Position numbers and translations under genes: made by a program. Shown in pieces: positions 38,170-51,271 of a stretch of DNA of 64,000 nucleotides. Origin of the DNA: Rhizodiscina lignyota (Eukaryota); contig ML978139.1 in the NCBI GenBank assembly GCA_010015805.1, positions 248,001 to 312,000 on the forward strand, written 5' to 3'. Below the pieces are notes generated by a model. It was not told the origin of the DNA, made no database searches, and saw only the letters and a list, made by a program, of their open reading frames with translations. The number at the start of each line of letters is the position of its first letter. The first letter of the stretch is position 1.

Positions 38170-40375
38170 GTCGTGCAGGGCGGCCGAAGCTTTTGAAGGG
38201 AGCGTTGAAAGCAGCTCAGTTCGTATGATGCTGAAGTTCGTGGATAACATAGCGAGGTGCGCTGAGCCCGCAGAAGAAAAACAAATTCATATAACTGTTC
38301 GCTGAGAGAAACGCTCCGCTATGCCCACGCTATATGCGAAGACCAAATGACGAGACAAAGATACTCTGAAAGATATTATACAGCTTCAACGGCTAAGGAG
38401 GCCTAAAAGAAGAGTCAAACAGGGTGGCTGTGAAGGGTCAGACGAGATCTCCGCCTTGCGCACAGGCTGGTCGCGTGGATCACACGCTGGAAAGGAGTGA
38501 CTTCTGTGAGCTCAGCGTTAACAACCGTTAATTCAGCGCGATTCCGGAAACACGTGTGGTGTATGTAGTCAGACAGGTTGACGCGCGTGGGACGCCTCAA
38601 AGAGGTTGCGCCAGCCAATCAGGGCGAACTGTCGATGCACTTCCCATCCCATCCGCCCCTGCCGTCTATCATACCTATGACCGTCATTTCCACAGAAAGA
38701 GTGAGTTCGATATTTTGCTGTACTTGTACCCTCATAGGATGTTGCCTAACCCAAAAAAATCCGAGAAAAAAAAATTGAGATGGGACGAAAAGCAAAATTT
38801 CGACATAGACAAGATTCGAACTTGCGAGGCCGAAGCCATTAGATCGCTTAAACCGCGAGGGATTCAAGTCTAACCCATTAACCACTCTGGCACTATGTCC
38901 ACCTTTTTTTAACAAAGTTGATCAATTCTTGCAGTAAGAAAAATAGATATAGTGAGTAAATTTATCATTCTGTGTTCCGATGTAAATTATCTCTGGAGAA
39001 GAAATGGATGAAAGGCCCAACATCTTGCGTAGTAGGAAGAATGGAATTTACAACAATGAGAAATTTGAGAGCGTGTGAGAGGATAGATTGTGTGACTGGC
39101 GGATGCGGAGGAAGGGCTTCAAAGTTCTGGTGGGATGTGAGTGCCGAAGTTTGGCCCCCCTGAAACTGAACGTCAACGACGGCAAGAATCTTTCAAACCG
39201 CCAGCAACGAAGTAGTAGGCATTCTAAACCTCTGTTGCTCAACATTTATTGATGCATTGGTGAAGAGGCAGACGAGAAAGATTATCACCAATAGAGCAAC
39301 TGCGCACTTGCAGCAAGCCCACAAACAGACAAAGAGAGCACGACAAGCGACGTCGTAAGTAGAAGACAATCACGTCCAATCAGGAATTCAAGCTCTACAT
39401 TCTTTGATATTTTAAGCTCTGAGAGGTATAGAGCCCTGTTGCACTGTCTGGTTGTCGATAGCAGAGGTTGGGAACTCTCTACTGGATGTACTCTATACAT
39501 CAGTGCCCGTCGCATTAATTTCGCAAAATTCTCGTCTGGAGGGTCGTTTCTCTAGAAAGTGATGCCGATTTATACAGAAGCGTCGTCTGAGTTTTGATGT
39601 ATTCCTGAGACTTGGAGTTGTTGATTGGCCTCCATGTTGCGAGCTGTTTGCTTGTTCGCTGTGGATATGGAGACCGTCCGGTATGCATCCGCTACTTCAT
39701 TTGCTACAATGAGATCAAGATTTGCTAATTTCTTTTAGACAGATGAAAAGGATCAAGAAACGAGAGAACGAGAGAACAAAAGATTTGAACGTTGCTAACT
39801 ATAAGAGCGATAAATTGGGGATACTCTGACCGGCATGAAGATATGACAAAATCGAATTGGCTATATATAATGGCCACATACGTTTACCACCTTCCTCTAC
39901 TGGGTGTGCCATTTGGAGCCTAAGGATCACCGATATCGCTCAAGACAATCCACTGCTCTGAAGCTAAGCGTCTTTACGGACATTGTCCTTAAGGTATATA
40001 CATGCTCATCAATCCGATGTGTCTTCCGCGGCTTTTCTGACTCAATGCAAACGCAGATATTTTAATAATACTGGATATTGCGACTAATGGCAATCTGTCC
40101 CCACTATCGGCTCGAGTGTTGGATGTTTCAGAACACGCTGATTTTACTTTATTCGTAGAAGACGCCGCGAATAGCCGTGTAACATTCACCACAACACCCA
40201 GTTGTGCCTTGCAGCTAAATTTTCTGATTGGCTGTAGTCCAGGCATGCTTCCCAGCACATTGATGTGCAATCTCCCGAAGTTTATACTTCAGTGACACCT
40301 CTTCGATCTCAACTCAAGAACGCTTTCTTCTTTTCAACCTCACAACGAACACATCCTCAATGCAACAACATCAAG

Positions 40376-41680
40376 ATGCCTCCACCACCTATAACTGAGG
40401 ACGATCTTACGCGTGCTCGCGAAAATCTGCGTCGTGCCATCGAAAATAATCTCCGTCCCATCGAAGGTGCAGGTCCGGCCGCCCAAGCTTTTCGTGTCTC
40501 GACTGCGCTGCGAGATGCACCCTCAAGAGGAACCGCCACCGTGGCCGCAGCTCCCGGTATCAGAATGGTAATTGCACAATTCGACGGTCCCATTCCTCTC
40601 GAGAGCCTTGATTACGTCTTCGAGCAGAGCGAAACCGCGCACGCGGCTGCCTACCCGGCTCTTCGAACGCCCCGCCCCCCGACTGGCGACAATGTTTCAG
40701 AGGAAAGTGTCGAAGAGTATGACGAGGCCCAGGATCGAGCGATGCATTCAGGCTGGGCGCGTGCCCATCTCATGGCGCTGGATGATGCTCGCTCCACCAG
40801 ACACCAGCCCACGGAAGAACCTCTCCAAGAGCATGATGAGCTCTCCACCAGCGAGCTGCCAGTAGAAGAACCTCTTCAAGAGCATGGCGAGCCACTTACT
40901 AGCGATCAACCCCCGGAGGAAACCCTCGAAGAGCACGACGAGCCTTCCATTAACACCACCATGACAAGATCCACGCCGACTGAGACTGTCGCGCCGTCTT
41001 CTACAGTAATCTACCCATCCGTCGACGGCCAGCTCGCAGAAGTCGAGGCCCATCCGACTCAAGAGAGCAACTTCTATCCGGCACCGCTCAACATCACGCC
41101 AACAAGGCTCATCTTTCAGCGCCGCCAGAATCGTAACATTCTCGCCGATCCCCATGCGGCTAGCACAGAACCCTTCCTCACTCGCACACGCATAATCGAG
41201 GATCAAGATGATGCGATCAAGCAGGCCATTCTCCGTAAGTCAATAGTCAATGTTTTCACTCGAGAGTTAATGTACACAACACTAACGCGACCAGGGAACG
41301 CGTACTTCCTCTTCGAATCACACGCTATCCACGAGATAAACATTGCTGTGGGCTCCACTGTAGGTGCAAGCTCAGCAACTGCCGCCTCCTCCTCCAGCAC
41401 TGTGCTAGATCCGTCTAGCGTCACCTCGCCCTCGAGCGGATTCTTTGCGTTCCTGTATGCGTCGGTGCCACAACGTGTGGTGACCAACGGCATACCAAGC
41501 ACTCGCAGGAGCACGCAAGTGCTCATGGAAGGACCCAGGAGCTGCCGGACGCGCCGGCGTGCGCTGGAGGGACTGCTGGTGAGGACGGAGAGGGCGGTGG
41601 GAGAGAAGGTGTGTGGTGGTGCTGTTGGCGGTGCAGAGGAGGCACAGAACGCTGGTGAGGTGGCTGGTGAGGAGCAGTAA
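40376..41680 (+). CDS. Hypothetical low-complexity protein with internal 17-aa repeats
   Basis: Long ORF from MPPPPITEDD; probable 60-nt in-frame intron 41235-41294 (GTAAGT...CTAAC...CAG). Confidence 0.65.
   Translation: MPPPPITEDDLTRARENLRRAIENNLRPIEGAGPAAQAFRVSTALRDAPSRGTATVAAAPGIRMVIAQFDGPIPLESLDYVFEQSETAHAAAYPALRTPRPPTGDNVSEESVEEYDEAQDRAMHSGWARAHLMALDDARSTRHQPTEEPLQEHDELSTSELPVEEPLQEHGEPLTSDQPPEETLEEHDEPSINTTMTRSTPTETVAPSSTVIYPSVDGQLAEVEAHPTQESNFYPAPLNITPTRLIFQRRQNRNILADPHAASTEPFLTRTRIIEDQDDAIKQAILRKSIVNVFTRELMYTTLTRPGNAYFLFESHAIHEINIAVGSTVGASSATAASSSSTVLDPSSVTSPSSGFFAFLYASVPQRVVTNGIPSTRRSTQVLMEGPRSCRTRRRALEGLLVRTERAVGEKVCGGAVGGAEEAQNAGEVAGEEQ
40808..40960 (+). repeat. Coding 51-bp imperfect tandem repeat x3
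   Basis: PTEEPLQEHDELSTSEL / PVEEPLQEHGEPLTSDQ / PPEETLEEHDEPSINTT. Confidence 0.85.
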
Positions 41681-42139
41681 GCTGGGGCAGAAGAAGTACA
41701 AGTGAAGCAATGGGACGTAGAGGGGAGGACATAGAGATTCGACGATCGTCGCCTTTGGCGACAGCAATAACAAATTCACAAAGTCATGATACGACGATTA
41801 AGGAGATCCCAAAGTGAATCAATGTGATGCTCGATCACAAGCCCCTTTAGGTCACGGGAACACGCGTCAGAGAGGATTTAAGCCACAACCTTGTGGCGAA
41901 GTCAATAAAGAAACGCGTTGACGGAATTAAACCTATGGCGACCAGCATATTTATTTATCAAACGGATAGAGATTTGGTAAAGATGAACCGACTCGACTAG
42001 TATCTTTGATCTCATTCAGATAGTCAACGTGAACGCCACACCTCAAAATACAGCATGCATTGTGTTATGTCTATACCGACTTGCCATTTGGGTATCATAT
42101 GTCGAGAGCTGGCCACCCAAACGCCATATTCGTACTATT

Positions 42140-45100
42140 TTAAATGACCATCCACTTCTCTCTTAATCTTCTCGCCGTAGCAACGTCACTGCTCATCGTC
42201 AATGTCGTACTCAACGCGTACGCGGCCTCCGCTGCAAAGCTTTCGGCCTCCTCACCCCTACCCTGTCTAAACTCGTTCTGTTCTTTCTCAACCTCCTCAT
42301 GCATCTCCAGCACCTTCTCATATCGCGGCAATGCCAGATGTACCAATCCCAGATAATGCCACATCCTTGCAACATTGAACTCCGCTTCCTGGATGTGGAT
42401 CTTGATGCCGTCCCTTGTGCGAAGGTCGTAGTATTTCATCATGAACGCGACGCCCTGCTGCGTGAAGTACGTCCTGTTTTCATTGAGCCGCTTGAAAGCA
42501 TGGTCGATGAAGGCATTAGAGATGCAGAGATGTAGGATCGGGTCCTCAGGTGCTAGGGCCAACGCACGGAAATAGTAGTAGAGCGCATTCTGCATCATCC
42601 CACCGGCCAGCATGACGTGTGCGTAGAGGGTTAGCAGCGTAGGATCCAGTTCCTCGATATTCTCCGGGTTGCCGCCGACCTTATCCAAGGCCTTCCGCTC
42701 TTGACCGGTGAAGAGGTAACTCATTCTCTGCTCCGGGGACAGTAACGCGTAATCCGCCGCTTTGAGTTGCCGTAATATCCACTTCTGGTTCGGACCAGAG
42801 TTCAGCCAAGTCCTGCTTCCGCCCGAGAAGAGACGATTCGCGGCGCTGTACAGCTTGTAAGCGTCTGATTGGTACTTGTATTTGTTTATGAAGTGGCGAG
42901 ACTCGAGACAAATGCTGTGCTCGTCGTTGTCAATTAATGCACACGCAAGCCACATATTATGAATATGCGCCATACGCTTTTCATTATGCACGAAAGGATG
43001 CGCATTCTCAGCGAGGAGAAGGGTGCGCCAACATGCAGCGTTTGACGACGTTTTCCTAATCTTTTGACGACGACCTCTTACGTTTCTGGCAGCCAATTCG
43101 CTATCGATTCGCCTCTCTGGTTCGGCTTCGTCTTCTCCTTCGTCGTCTTCATCCTTTTCGCGCTGCTCGCGTCTGTCACGCATGGCAGCGACATCCCCTT
43201 CTTGGCTTGGCTTAATCTTCTTGCCAAGTTTGGCCTGCAGCAAAGCGAGGCGGCAGAAGATCTCGACCCACTCATCGAAACGAACATTGCTGTAATCATC
43301 TGGTATTGTGTCCGAAGTCCAGTCTCCTTTGGAAGATTTCTTGATGAATCCCGCAAACGGCCTAAATTTGTCTCGGTTCGGATAGAGCTTGTCGACGCTA
43401 GCAAACTGTTCGATCATGAACTCCGCTATACGCATCCACTCGGCCTCAGCATGTGGTATTTCAGCATCGACCTCCGGCTGAAGCTCCTTAAGCTGCGTAA
43501 ACATATCTTGTACAACCTTCATCGTGTCTGGATTGAGCGCCCTCGTGCTGTCAGGTCGAAGTGCAGGCCTTATGTGACTGAGGTACGGCTGAGGGCGTAG
43601 ACGGCGTGGACCCGGGAGCACGGGCTTTCGGCGGTATTCTGAAGGATCAAGAAGTCGGCCATCAGGCGCTTCGGGGACTTCATCCGCATCGTACGGTTTG
43701 TCTGCGCGCCCCAACAAGTGGCCCAATCGGTGTTGGTAGATCGTCTGAGGCCGTGAGTTCCAAACCTCCTCCGCAATCTTCGCCGCCGTTTCCTTGTCTC
43801 CTAGGGTTTCATAGAGCCTGGCGAGGTCAATCTGGACTCTGAACTTCTTCTTCGCAACCTTCAAAAGCGCCTCGTAGATTGGGATAGCATCTGTAAGTCG
43901 TCCAGCCGCCCTGTAACACTCAATGGCCGATTCATAAAGTCCGACATCGCCGGCATCTGGTACTTGAAGGCAAGCTTCGTAGAATCGTAAAGCTTCGATG
44001 TGATTGTCCCTTTTTCGAAAGGCATCTCCAACGTCGACGAAAAGGTCGTGATAGTCCATCGCTTGAGAATTTTCCGAGCGGTCATCAGGATTGAGGAAGC
44101 TAAAGTGGTGCTGAAATTTGTCATTACTGGAAGATCAGGAGTTGAATAGGTCACTCTCACCTTTGCTTCTTCCAGATGTTCAGGTCCCATATGCAGGCGG
44201 AATATGCCAAGCATTGTCCGCATTTCCAGTGGCAGCCCTTCCCCATAAGAATCTTTCTTGTATTGCCCAGGCGTGAAAAATGCCTCCTTGATTCTTCTTG
44301 GTTCATCCTCAATATCCCACTCTCGATCATCTGATTGGTTGTCCCAATATGTCTCATTTTCTCGGCCTAGAAGCCATCGCGCTAGTTGTCGTAGCTTGAT
44401 AACGCCTTGTTCGTATAGTCCGAGCTCAAGCATCACGTCCATGTAGACGTTAACGGTCGAGAGGTCCATCCAGTTGCGTCCTCCTTTTCGTTCAATACGC
44501 TTGAAGTAATTGATTGAGTCTTCGAAGACCTCTGGGACGTGTTGGAGTCTTCCGGATCTGGAAGCCAATTTAGGAAGCTCTTGAAGCGTAAAGGTATCCC
44601 ATGGAGTGACCTTGAGGACTTCGAAGCAGTCTCGGCTGGCAAATCCATAATGCTCTTGTCGTGCGTACATTTCCATGCGCTTAAGGCGAGCATCAACATG
44701 TTCCGGATCAAGATAAACGATCCGAGTATAGAGAATCTTCAGGTTTTCCCACTCTGGGGTCCCGATCTCAGTCACAACCTCGCTCAGGCGTTCAGCAATC
44801 ATGAATAAAGCTTCAGTCTCATTTGTGAGGGCAGAGCCATGCAAAAGGACTGTTAAAGCGTCCTTCGTACGACCCAATTTCAAGAAGATCTCGGAGCGCA
44901 GGCTGTAAGCAACAAAGACCTCAGGATCCTCTTTCATTGCTTCATCCACAAACTTGTCAGCTTCTGCGTAGTCACCTTGGAGATACGCCTCTGTCGCTTT
45001 GCCTTGAAGCTCCTTGAATTTGTGGGATGTGTCGAGCTGCGCACGACGGCGTTTGCGGGGCGGCTTCGATCCACCTGGAGGTCGTCTTCGTTTCACTCCT

Positions 45101-45636
45101 GTAGCAGACGGTCCTTCTTCATCGTCACTGCGAGATGCTTGGACAGTACTCGTAATTCGACCGATGGGTTTCCTTGGTCTTCCTCTACCTCTTTTCCCAC
45201 GAGCACGAGAGCCTCTGGGACGCCCACGACCTCGCCTAGACTCTCTATAGCCTTCTTGTTCGTCGGGAACACTCTCCGACACGTTGCCATCAGAGCTGAT
45301 GTTAAGTTCGTTGACGGAGGAGTAATCTGGATCATGTTCATCGTCCTGCTTGGCAAGAACAGCAGCCAGAAACTCGTCGTCACCGTAGTCGCCGTAGTTG
45401 TCTTCATCGTCACTTGATTGCGAACCGGCGAGAGCTGGGTAGGATGGAAACATTTCAATGGCCTCACTGATCTCCATAGGATCGTAAGCAGAAGGTGGGC
45501 TTGGAGGCGGCGGATAGTTGGTTTTGGGTGGCGAGTGTGGCTCGCCATCTTCGTCCTCTTCCTCTTGCATCCTATTGGAGTAGGGTACTTGGTCGTGCAG
45601 CCATGGCTGGAGCTGAGGCGGAAATATAGTATCCAT
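42140..45636 (-). CDS. TFC4: RNA polymerase III transcription factor TFIIIC TPR subunit (Tfc4/Sfc4)
   Basis: TPR arrays, LARWLLGR...DDREWD, QEAEFNVARMWHYLGLVHLALPRYEKVL, C-terminal KWMVI; intron 44111-44160 joins the two ORFs in frame. Confidence 0.88.
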
Positions 45637-45973
45637 CATGCGAGACCGCATACAAGTGTGTTTAATCGATGCTCGGTGATGATTGGTGTCGTCTACCCTT
45701 TGGTCCTTGCTGTTGTCCTGTCGTCACTTGGTTTGAATGCTGACATCGGCAAAGGAGAGACTTGGGACGTTGAGAAATTGACAGCTCGTCAATACTTCCG
45801 TGGCCACAATGGAGTGAGAGGAACGTGTTGTGAAAAGATGGAAACATTTGAGCCGAGTCACGCTCTTGAAGACGATACTTAAGCGGCGGTGGGTCCGTGC
45901 GCCGGAGGTTTGAGCCCTTTTCAGAAGTTCTCGTCTTGAACCTTTAAACAACTTTGCTCCTCCAACCGCGATA

Positions 45974-48135
45974 ATGAAACTTAGTGGCACAATTAAGAGG
46001 CACACCCGCTCTTTAATTGCTGCTCAGAAGCCTTCTTGTCCGATATACCTCTGTCCCGCCCTCCTGTCTCCGCTGCCATACCGTCCGTCCAAGGAGCAAT
46101 CGAGATGCTTCACCTCCTTTTTCCGCAGATGCACTGAGCTGGCAGCTCAAAATGGCATGCACCAAGAACCCGCAAGTGTCCGAAGAGCTACGACCGAGAG
46201 ACCGCTTCCAGTCTCCTGCCCTGGATGTGGAGCGCTGGCGCAGACAGTTGACACAGATCAAGCTGGCTATTACGACACGAGCAGAACCGCCGTGAAAAAG
46301 TATCTAAGATATGGCAAAGATCAAGAAGCGAAGGAAAACGCCGTTTTCAAAGAAGCAATGCAACATGCCGATGAACGCATATTGAATCAACTCGGCCTCG
46401 CAAGCTCATCATTAGGTCAGTTTTGTCAACTCATTCCTTTGGACGTGGCTCACGCATTTCAGATCCACTTCCTTCTGCCACTCCACCTCCTCCACCGATA
46501 TGCGATCGCTGTCACGAGCTCACGCATAACAATGCTGGCACTCCCATCCATCATCCTTCTGTCGAAGCGATCGCCGAGACCATAGCAGAGTCACCCCATA
46601 AGCACAACCACATCTACCACGTCCTCGATGCCGTCGACTTTCCTATGTCTCTCGTACCAAATCTCCAGCGGCAGCTCTCACTTTCGCGATTACGTACGCA
46701 GAATCGACGAAGCAAGAGCCATAGGTACATTAGAGGTGGTACAGCCGAGATGAGCTTCATAATCACTCGAAGTGACCTTCTTGCACCAAAGAAGGAGATG
46801 GTCGACAAAATGATGCCTTACATGATGGACGTGCTAAGAGATGCGCTCGGCAGAGCTGGGCAACGAATACGACTGGGGAATTTAAGGATGGTGAGCTCAC
46901 ATAGAGGTTGGTGGACAAAGGATATTAAAGAAACCATTTGGAAGTGCGGAGGTGGAGGTTGGTTGGTGGGCAAGGTGAATGTGGGAAAAAGCCAACTTTT
47001 TGAAAATGTCTTTCCCAAAGGTCGAGGCGGCCAGGAGGTTAATGTGGACAAGATGCGAAGACAGGCGGCTGAAAATGCTGCCTTGTCAGCAAGTATCAGT
47101 AACGTTGACCAGGGGATCAACCTTGATGATTATACTCCCGAAAGGGATCAGAATCAAGAAGACGAAAATTTGGACCTTTTCAACGAGACCTCTCTTCTCC
47201 CGCCCGCTCCCAAGGAAGTACCATTTCCTCCGATGCCAATAATATCGGCGCTTCCAGGCACTACTGCATCACCAATACGCTTACCTTTCGGTGATGGTCG
47301 TGGAGAGCTCATCGACCTACCCGGGTTTCGTCGGCATTCATTGGAAGAATACGTCAAGCCAGAGAAGAGACTTGATATTATCATGAGAAGTCGGGTAGTC
47401 CCTGAAAGAATAACGCTCAAGCCCGGCAAAACTCTCCTCCTGGATGGTCTCGTTCGTATCAAACCTGCCACGGCGAATTTGATATTCCTGACGCACTCTT
47501 TTGTGCCGTTGCATCCTCACATCACCGACGATGCGAAAATAGCGGAGGTTGAGGCAGGCGAAAGAGCCCACCCGTTGGAAAACATCATGATTGCGGACCC
47601 GCAAAAGATAGCCCACGCTGGTGGTCTCAAATCTGCTGGCAAGATTCAACTCAGATGGGACGTCACAAAGGCACATGCTGGTCCTCTCGTACGGAAAGAC
47701 ACGGTTGGACTGAAGCCTGACGCACTTCCATTCATTACCTATGCGGCCGATGTATTGATCGAGGGCAGCGGATGGGTTGAAATTGTCGCTCAGGTCCGAA
47801 AGCGATCGTGGTTCCAGCAACAGCCAGGGGAAGAGGCGAGCCCAGAGGCCAAAGAACCTGAGCGCGAGTTAAGTTTCGAAGAGTCACTGGAAATTCCTGA
47901 GAGCGATGAGAGAAATATGTCCTGGTCGCCAACTTCTCCCACACCAAGTTCTGCTGAGATGTCGAGGTTCCCAGAGGTTGAGATTTTTACGCCCGAAGGC
48001 AAGTTCATTGGAGTCAGGAAACCAATGAACGCGTGGTTGACCGGAGGGCCAATGAAGAAAGCCAGCAATGCGAGAAAGTCACGGCCGAGGAGAAGCATGA
48101 GGAGCGTCAAGAAACAGCGCTCGCCAAAAGAATAG
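45974..48135 (+). CDS. GEP3: Mitochondrial circularly permuted GTPase Gep3/Mtg3 (YqeH/NOA1-like)
   Basis: Presequence-like N-terminus, CPGCG and CDRC zinc ligands, VLDAVDFP, TRSD, GKVNVGKS, LPGTT, DLPG; intron about 46414-46462. Confidence 0.88.
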
Positions 48136-48580
48136 ATACCCAGTACTACGTGCCAACACTGCTCTAAGAATCATGGCGCCTGTCTGCAGATCTCCACTAA
48201 TACCGCGTCACACAGTTTTCAATGCTGGTATCTACTGTTCTTTGTGCTCTCCCTTGTTTTCAATCCAAATTGACCTAACAACGCATTGTGTACCGACTCC
48301 GACTTGTCAACTCCTATATTTTTCTTTGTCTACATTGTTCAGTTTCAGTCAGTCTCTGTATAAGTGCTCGCAGCGCCCGCAAGCTGACCTCGTCACCGTA
48401 TATATCACTTTTCATCAACACCTCCACGTTGGCGGGGCCAGCTTCCTTTCTTGATAAAAGAAGCTCCTCTCGGTGCTCCTCTCTCACACGCTTCCATCGC
48501 GGCCTCTCCTCTTACCCACCCTAGCGCACTCCGCGCAAACAGTCGTCTTCCGCAAGACCCTGATACGTGTGCCGATATAC

Positions 48581-49939
48581 ATGCCCAGCATGAGCCGCTC
48601 CATGCCGCAGCCCAGCCTTCTCCGTAGAACATCCCAAGCCATCAAGTACTCTCTATCGAAGAAATTTAAGGCATGGAAAAGGGAAAAAGAGATAGACACC
48701 GAAGGGGAGGAAGGGGAGACTCAAAGATCGAGACCTAACCTCAGCGACATCCCCGAGATTCAAGTGCCACCCAACTATGGAACCAAGGAATGGAACCGAC
48801 TGGGCGATTACCTCACCGACAGGGACATTGGGCCGGATCAGCTGCATGACTGGATCAATGGTTCTGGTGCCAAACGCTCTGCTGTCCGATTCAACGCGCG
48901 GTTCAGTCATCCCGTAGTCGACGAAGTCGTAACATATCCGAGAATCCAATATGATACTGACACTCGCTTCGAGGATCATCGAGATTCCCTGAAATTGAAG
49001 TACACGGCCTCTCTACGCAGCAGAGATAGTGGTAAAGGTAAGGCTCGCGCCTATCCTGATCTTGTGCATCAAGCTAAGATACAGTATACTACGTGGGGCT
49101 CGCACTCACCCAAGGGATACAAGTACTTGGGCCACTTTGAGAAGCCCTCTGATGACAATCTCCCCGATCCAATGGTTGGGAGCTCTCGACCTATCCAATT
49201 CCAAGAGGAAGAGGAAGACATCTTTCTTCTTCCGGAGGAGGACTACCTGCAGCCGCCGTCCCGCAAGAACTGGTCACATCACTTCTCTCCTGACGGTACG
49301 TTCCGCAACTCGATGGACGTCTTCGGTTCTGATGATGAAAGCGACGCTTATCCCTTCTCCCCTGAAGCAGGCCCAATCTTTCCCAATGCTAATGTTGTCA
49401 GTGGTGAATATGAAGACAAAAACAATCACACTTTCGACAATGTTGGCAATGACAACGCCTCCATCACCTCCTCTGGCGCCTTCGCATCAACAGTGCATCC
49501 CACGTCGAGTGCTAGCAAGAGCGAGAACAAGACGTGGAATAAGCACTTCTCAATGGACGGCACCATTCGTTTCTCCATGAACGAAGACAGATGCGACTCG
49601 TTCCCACCCTTTATGTTCCACAGCAGCAGCTTTGGGGACAACATTGATGCGAGCAGCGTAATCACCACCATCAGCGAGCTTGAGGCCAAAGAGGAAGTGG
49701 TTGACGCTGTCGCTGAGAGACAGCGGATCGAGGAGCTCCCACCCGATCATATCCTGCCTGCTACGGCATATGCCCAGTCGGTCGACGAGTCAGACGAGCA
49801 GTCGGCGCATGTGTCGATTGCGTCAGACCGGGAGTCAGTTGGCGAGTCCGCGACAAGGAGAATCAGGACCGTCCTTTGGATTGCAGAATTGCCCCAGGTA
49901 CGGAGCATTTCGCCGATGCCGTTGGAGTTTGAGATCTAG
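48581..49939 (+). CDS. Hypothetical, probably disordered protein; start uncertain
   Basis: Uninterrupted ORF of more than 450 codons, acidic/serine-rich, duplicated W..HFS.DGT.R.SM motif. Confidence 0.6.
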   Translation: MPSMSRSMPQPSLLRRTSQAIKYSLSKKFKAWKREKEIDTEGEEGETQRSRPNLSDIPEIQVPPNYGTKEWNRLGDYLTDRDIGPDQLHDWINGSGAKRSAVRFNARFSHPVVDEVVTYPRIQYDTDTRFEDHRDSLKLKYTASLRSRDSGKGKARAYPDLVHQAKIQYTTWGSHSPKGYKYLGHFEKPSDDNLPDPMVGSSRPIQFQEEEEDIFLLPEEDYLQPPSRKNWSHHFSPDGTFRNSMDVFGSDDESDAYPFSPEAGPIFPNANVVSGEYEDKNNHTFDNVGNDNASITSSGAFASTVHPTSSASKSENKTWNKHFSMDGTIRFSMNEDRCDSFPPFMFHSSSFGDNIDASSVITTISELEAKEEVVDAVAERQRIEELPPDHILPATAYAQSVDESDEQSAHVSIASDRESVGESATRRIRTVLWIAELPQVRSISPMPLEFEI

Positions 49940-51271
49940 AAAGAGAGGAGTTCCAACTCAATTCCGTTTGTCTGGTCATGTCCTTTTATATGACTATCAT
50001 ATAGCTTTGGAGTTAAGGAGTTATAAAGTCAAATGATATATGGTCACCACATAAAGCTTGTGTCTAGGAGCATTTGAATATTCGTGATTCAAACTTACTG
50101 CGGTTCCGATTGTGATTTTCATGTTTGGTGCAAGTCATTTGCACTCGCTCATGTGAGTAATGTCTGAGACGATTGCGATTTTGCTTTCAAGACACCCATC
50201 CCACAGTCCTTTGTCTCAGGTCCGCCACTTATTAGTCGCATTCTGAATTACTCTCCATCCCTGTCTGCTCTCACAGTTCGCGCAATATTTCTTTTAAGAC
50301 CCTCAATGCCTCGTCACGGTATTTCTGGACACTTGTATCATCAGCTTCGTGCTGTTTCTTCGCCCGCTGCTCAGATACGTACATCAATAACGAGACCGAA
50401 ATTTAGCAATACAGAAGCAAGCTCTGTAATGTCTGTAAGGACTGTAGAGCTGGCTAGTCTGAAAACCATTGAGAGGAAGTCGGAAATTTCGACGGGGGTT
50501 TGTTGCCTTTGGCCTGCAGAATTTTCAACGGTTACCATGTTTTCTTGCCTTCAGCTTTCAAACAAAAATCCCGTCCAGGAAGGCAAAAGAAATAGTATTA
50601 TGACCAAATGACACCAAGAAGGGGAACAAAAGAGCAAAAAAACATACAACAGTTGGGATTCCCATGTGGTCTCCCAGCCATGGTACTAGCCAACCTCTTT
50701 GGAGCTTGAGTAAGGTCGATCGGACGAGAGGCCCTATTTTCCCCAAGATATGGTCGTATGTGCTGGGACATGTTTGAAATTCAAATATATAGCTTCACAC
50801 CCAAACGTCTACATTCAGCTCTCATCCGGCCACGTTGCTTTCATAGAATAATCACAGAGTGAGGTTACAATTCAGGTAGCAGTATGCTGTAAACAGCAGC
50901 GTTACCTCGTCCTGGCAAAGAAATCAAAACCACCTCAGAGAAGCGATTTATCGCCGATTTCACTATTCCAATGCGTGTGTAAATGCATCATACACTATAT
51001 AAAAATCAACAGAACATGCTAAACAAGTTGCGCTGATGGTGACGAATGGCATGGACTATGGATCAGAACGCTCTTCGACTTGGCCTTCTGGCAATTCTGT
51101 CTTCTTGTCGACAGGTACATAAGTACCGGCGATCAGGTGCCAAAGTACCTATATCTAAATGCATAAGTACCGGCAATTAGGTGCATGAGCCCCCGTTCGC
51201 ACAGGCGCTAATGTGCCCAACGACAAATACAGGGAACTTTCTAGTTGTACTCTGTTTACTCTCCAAAGGAT

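Noticed and set aside
38400..40300. Gene-poor, more AT-rich 2-kb stretch as transposon relic or pseudogene
   Set aside because: No terminal repeats, transposase/RT motifs or coherent reading frame recognisable
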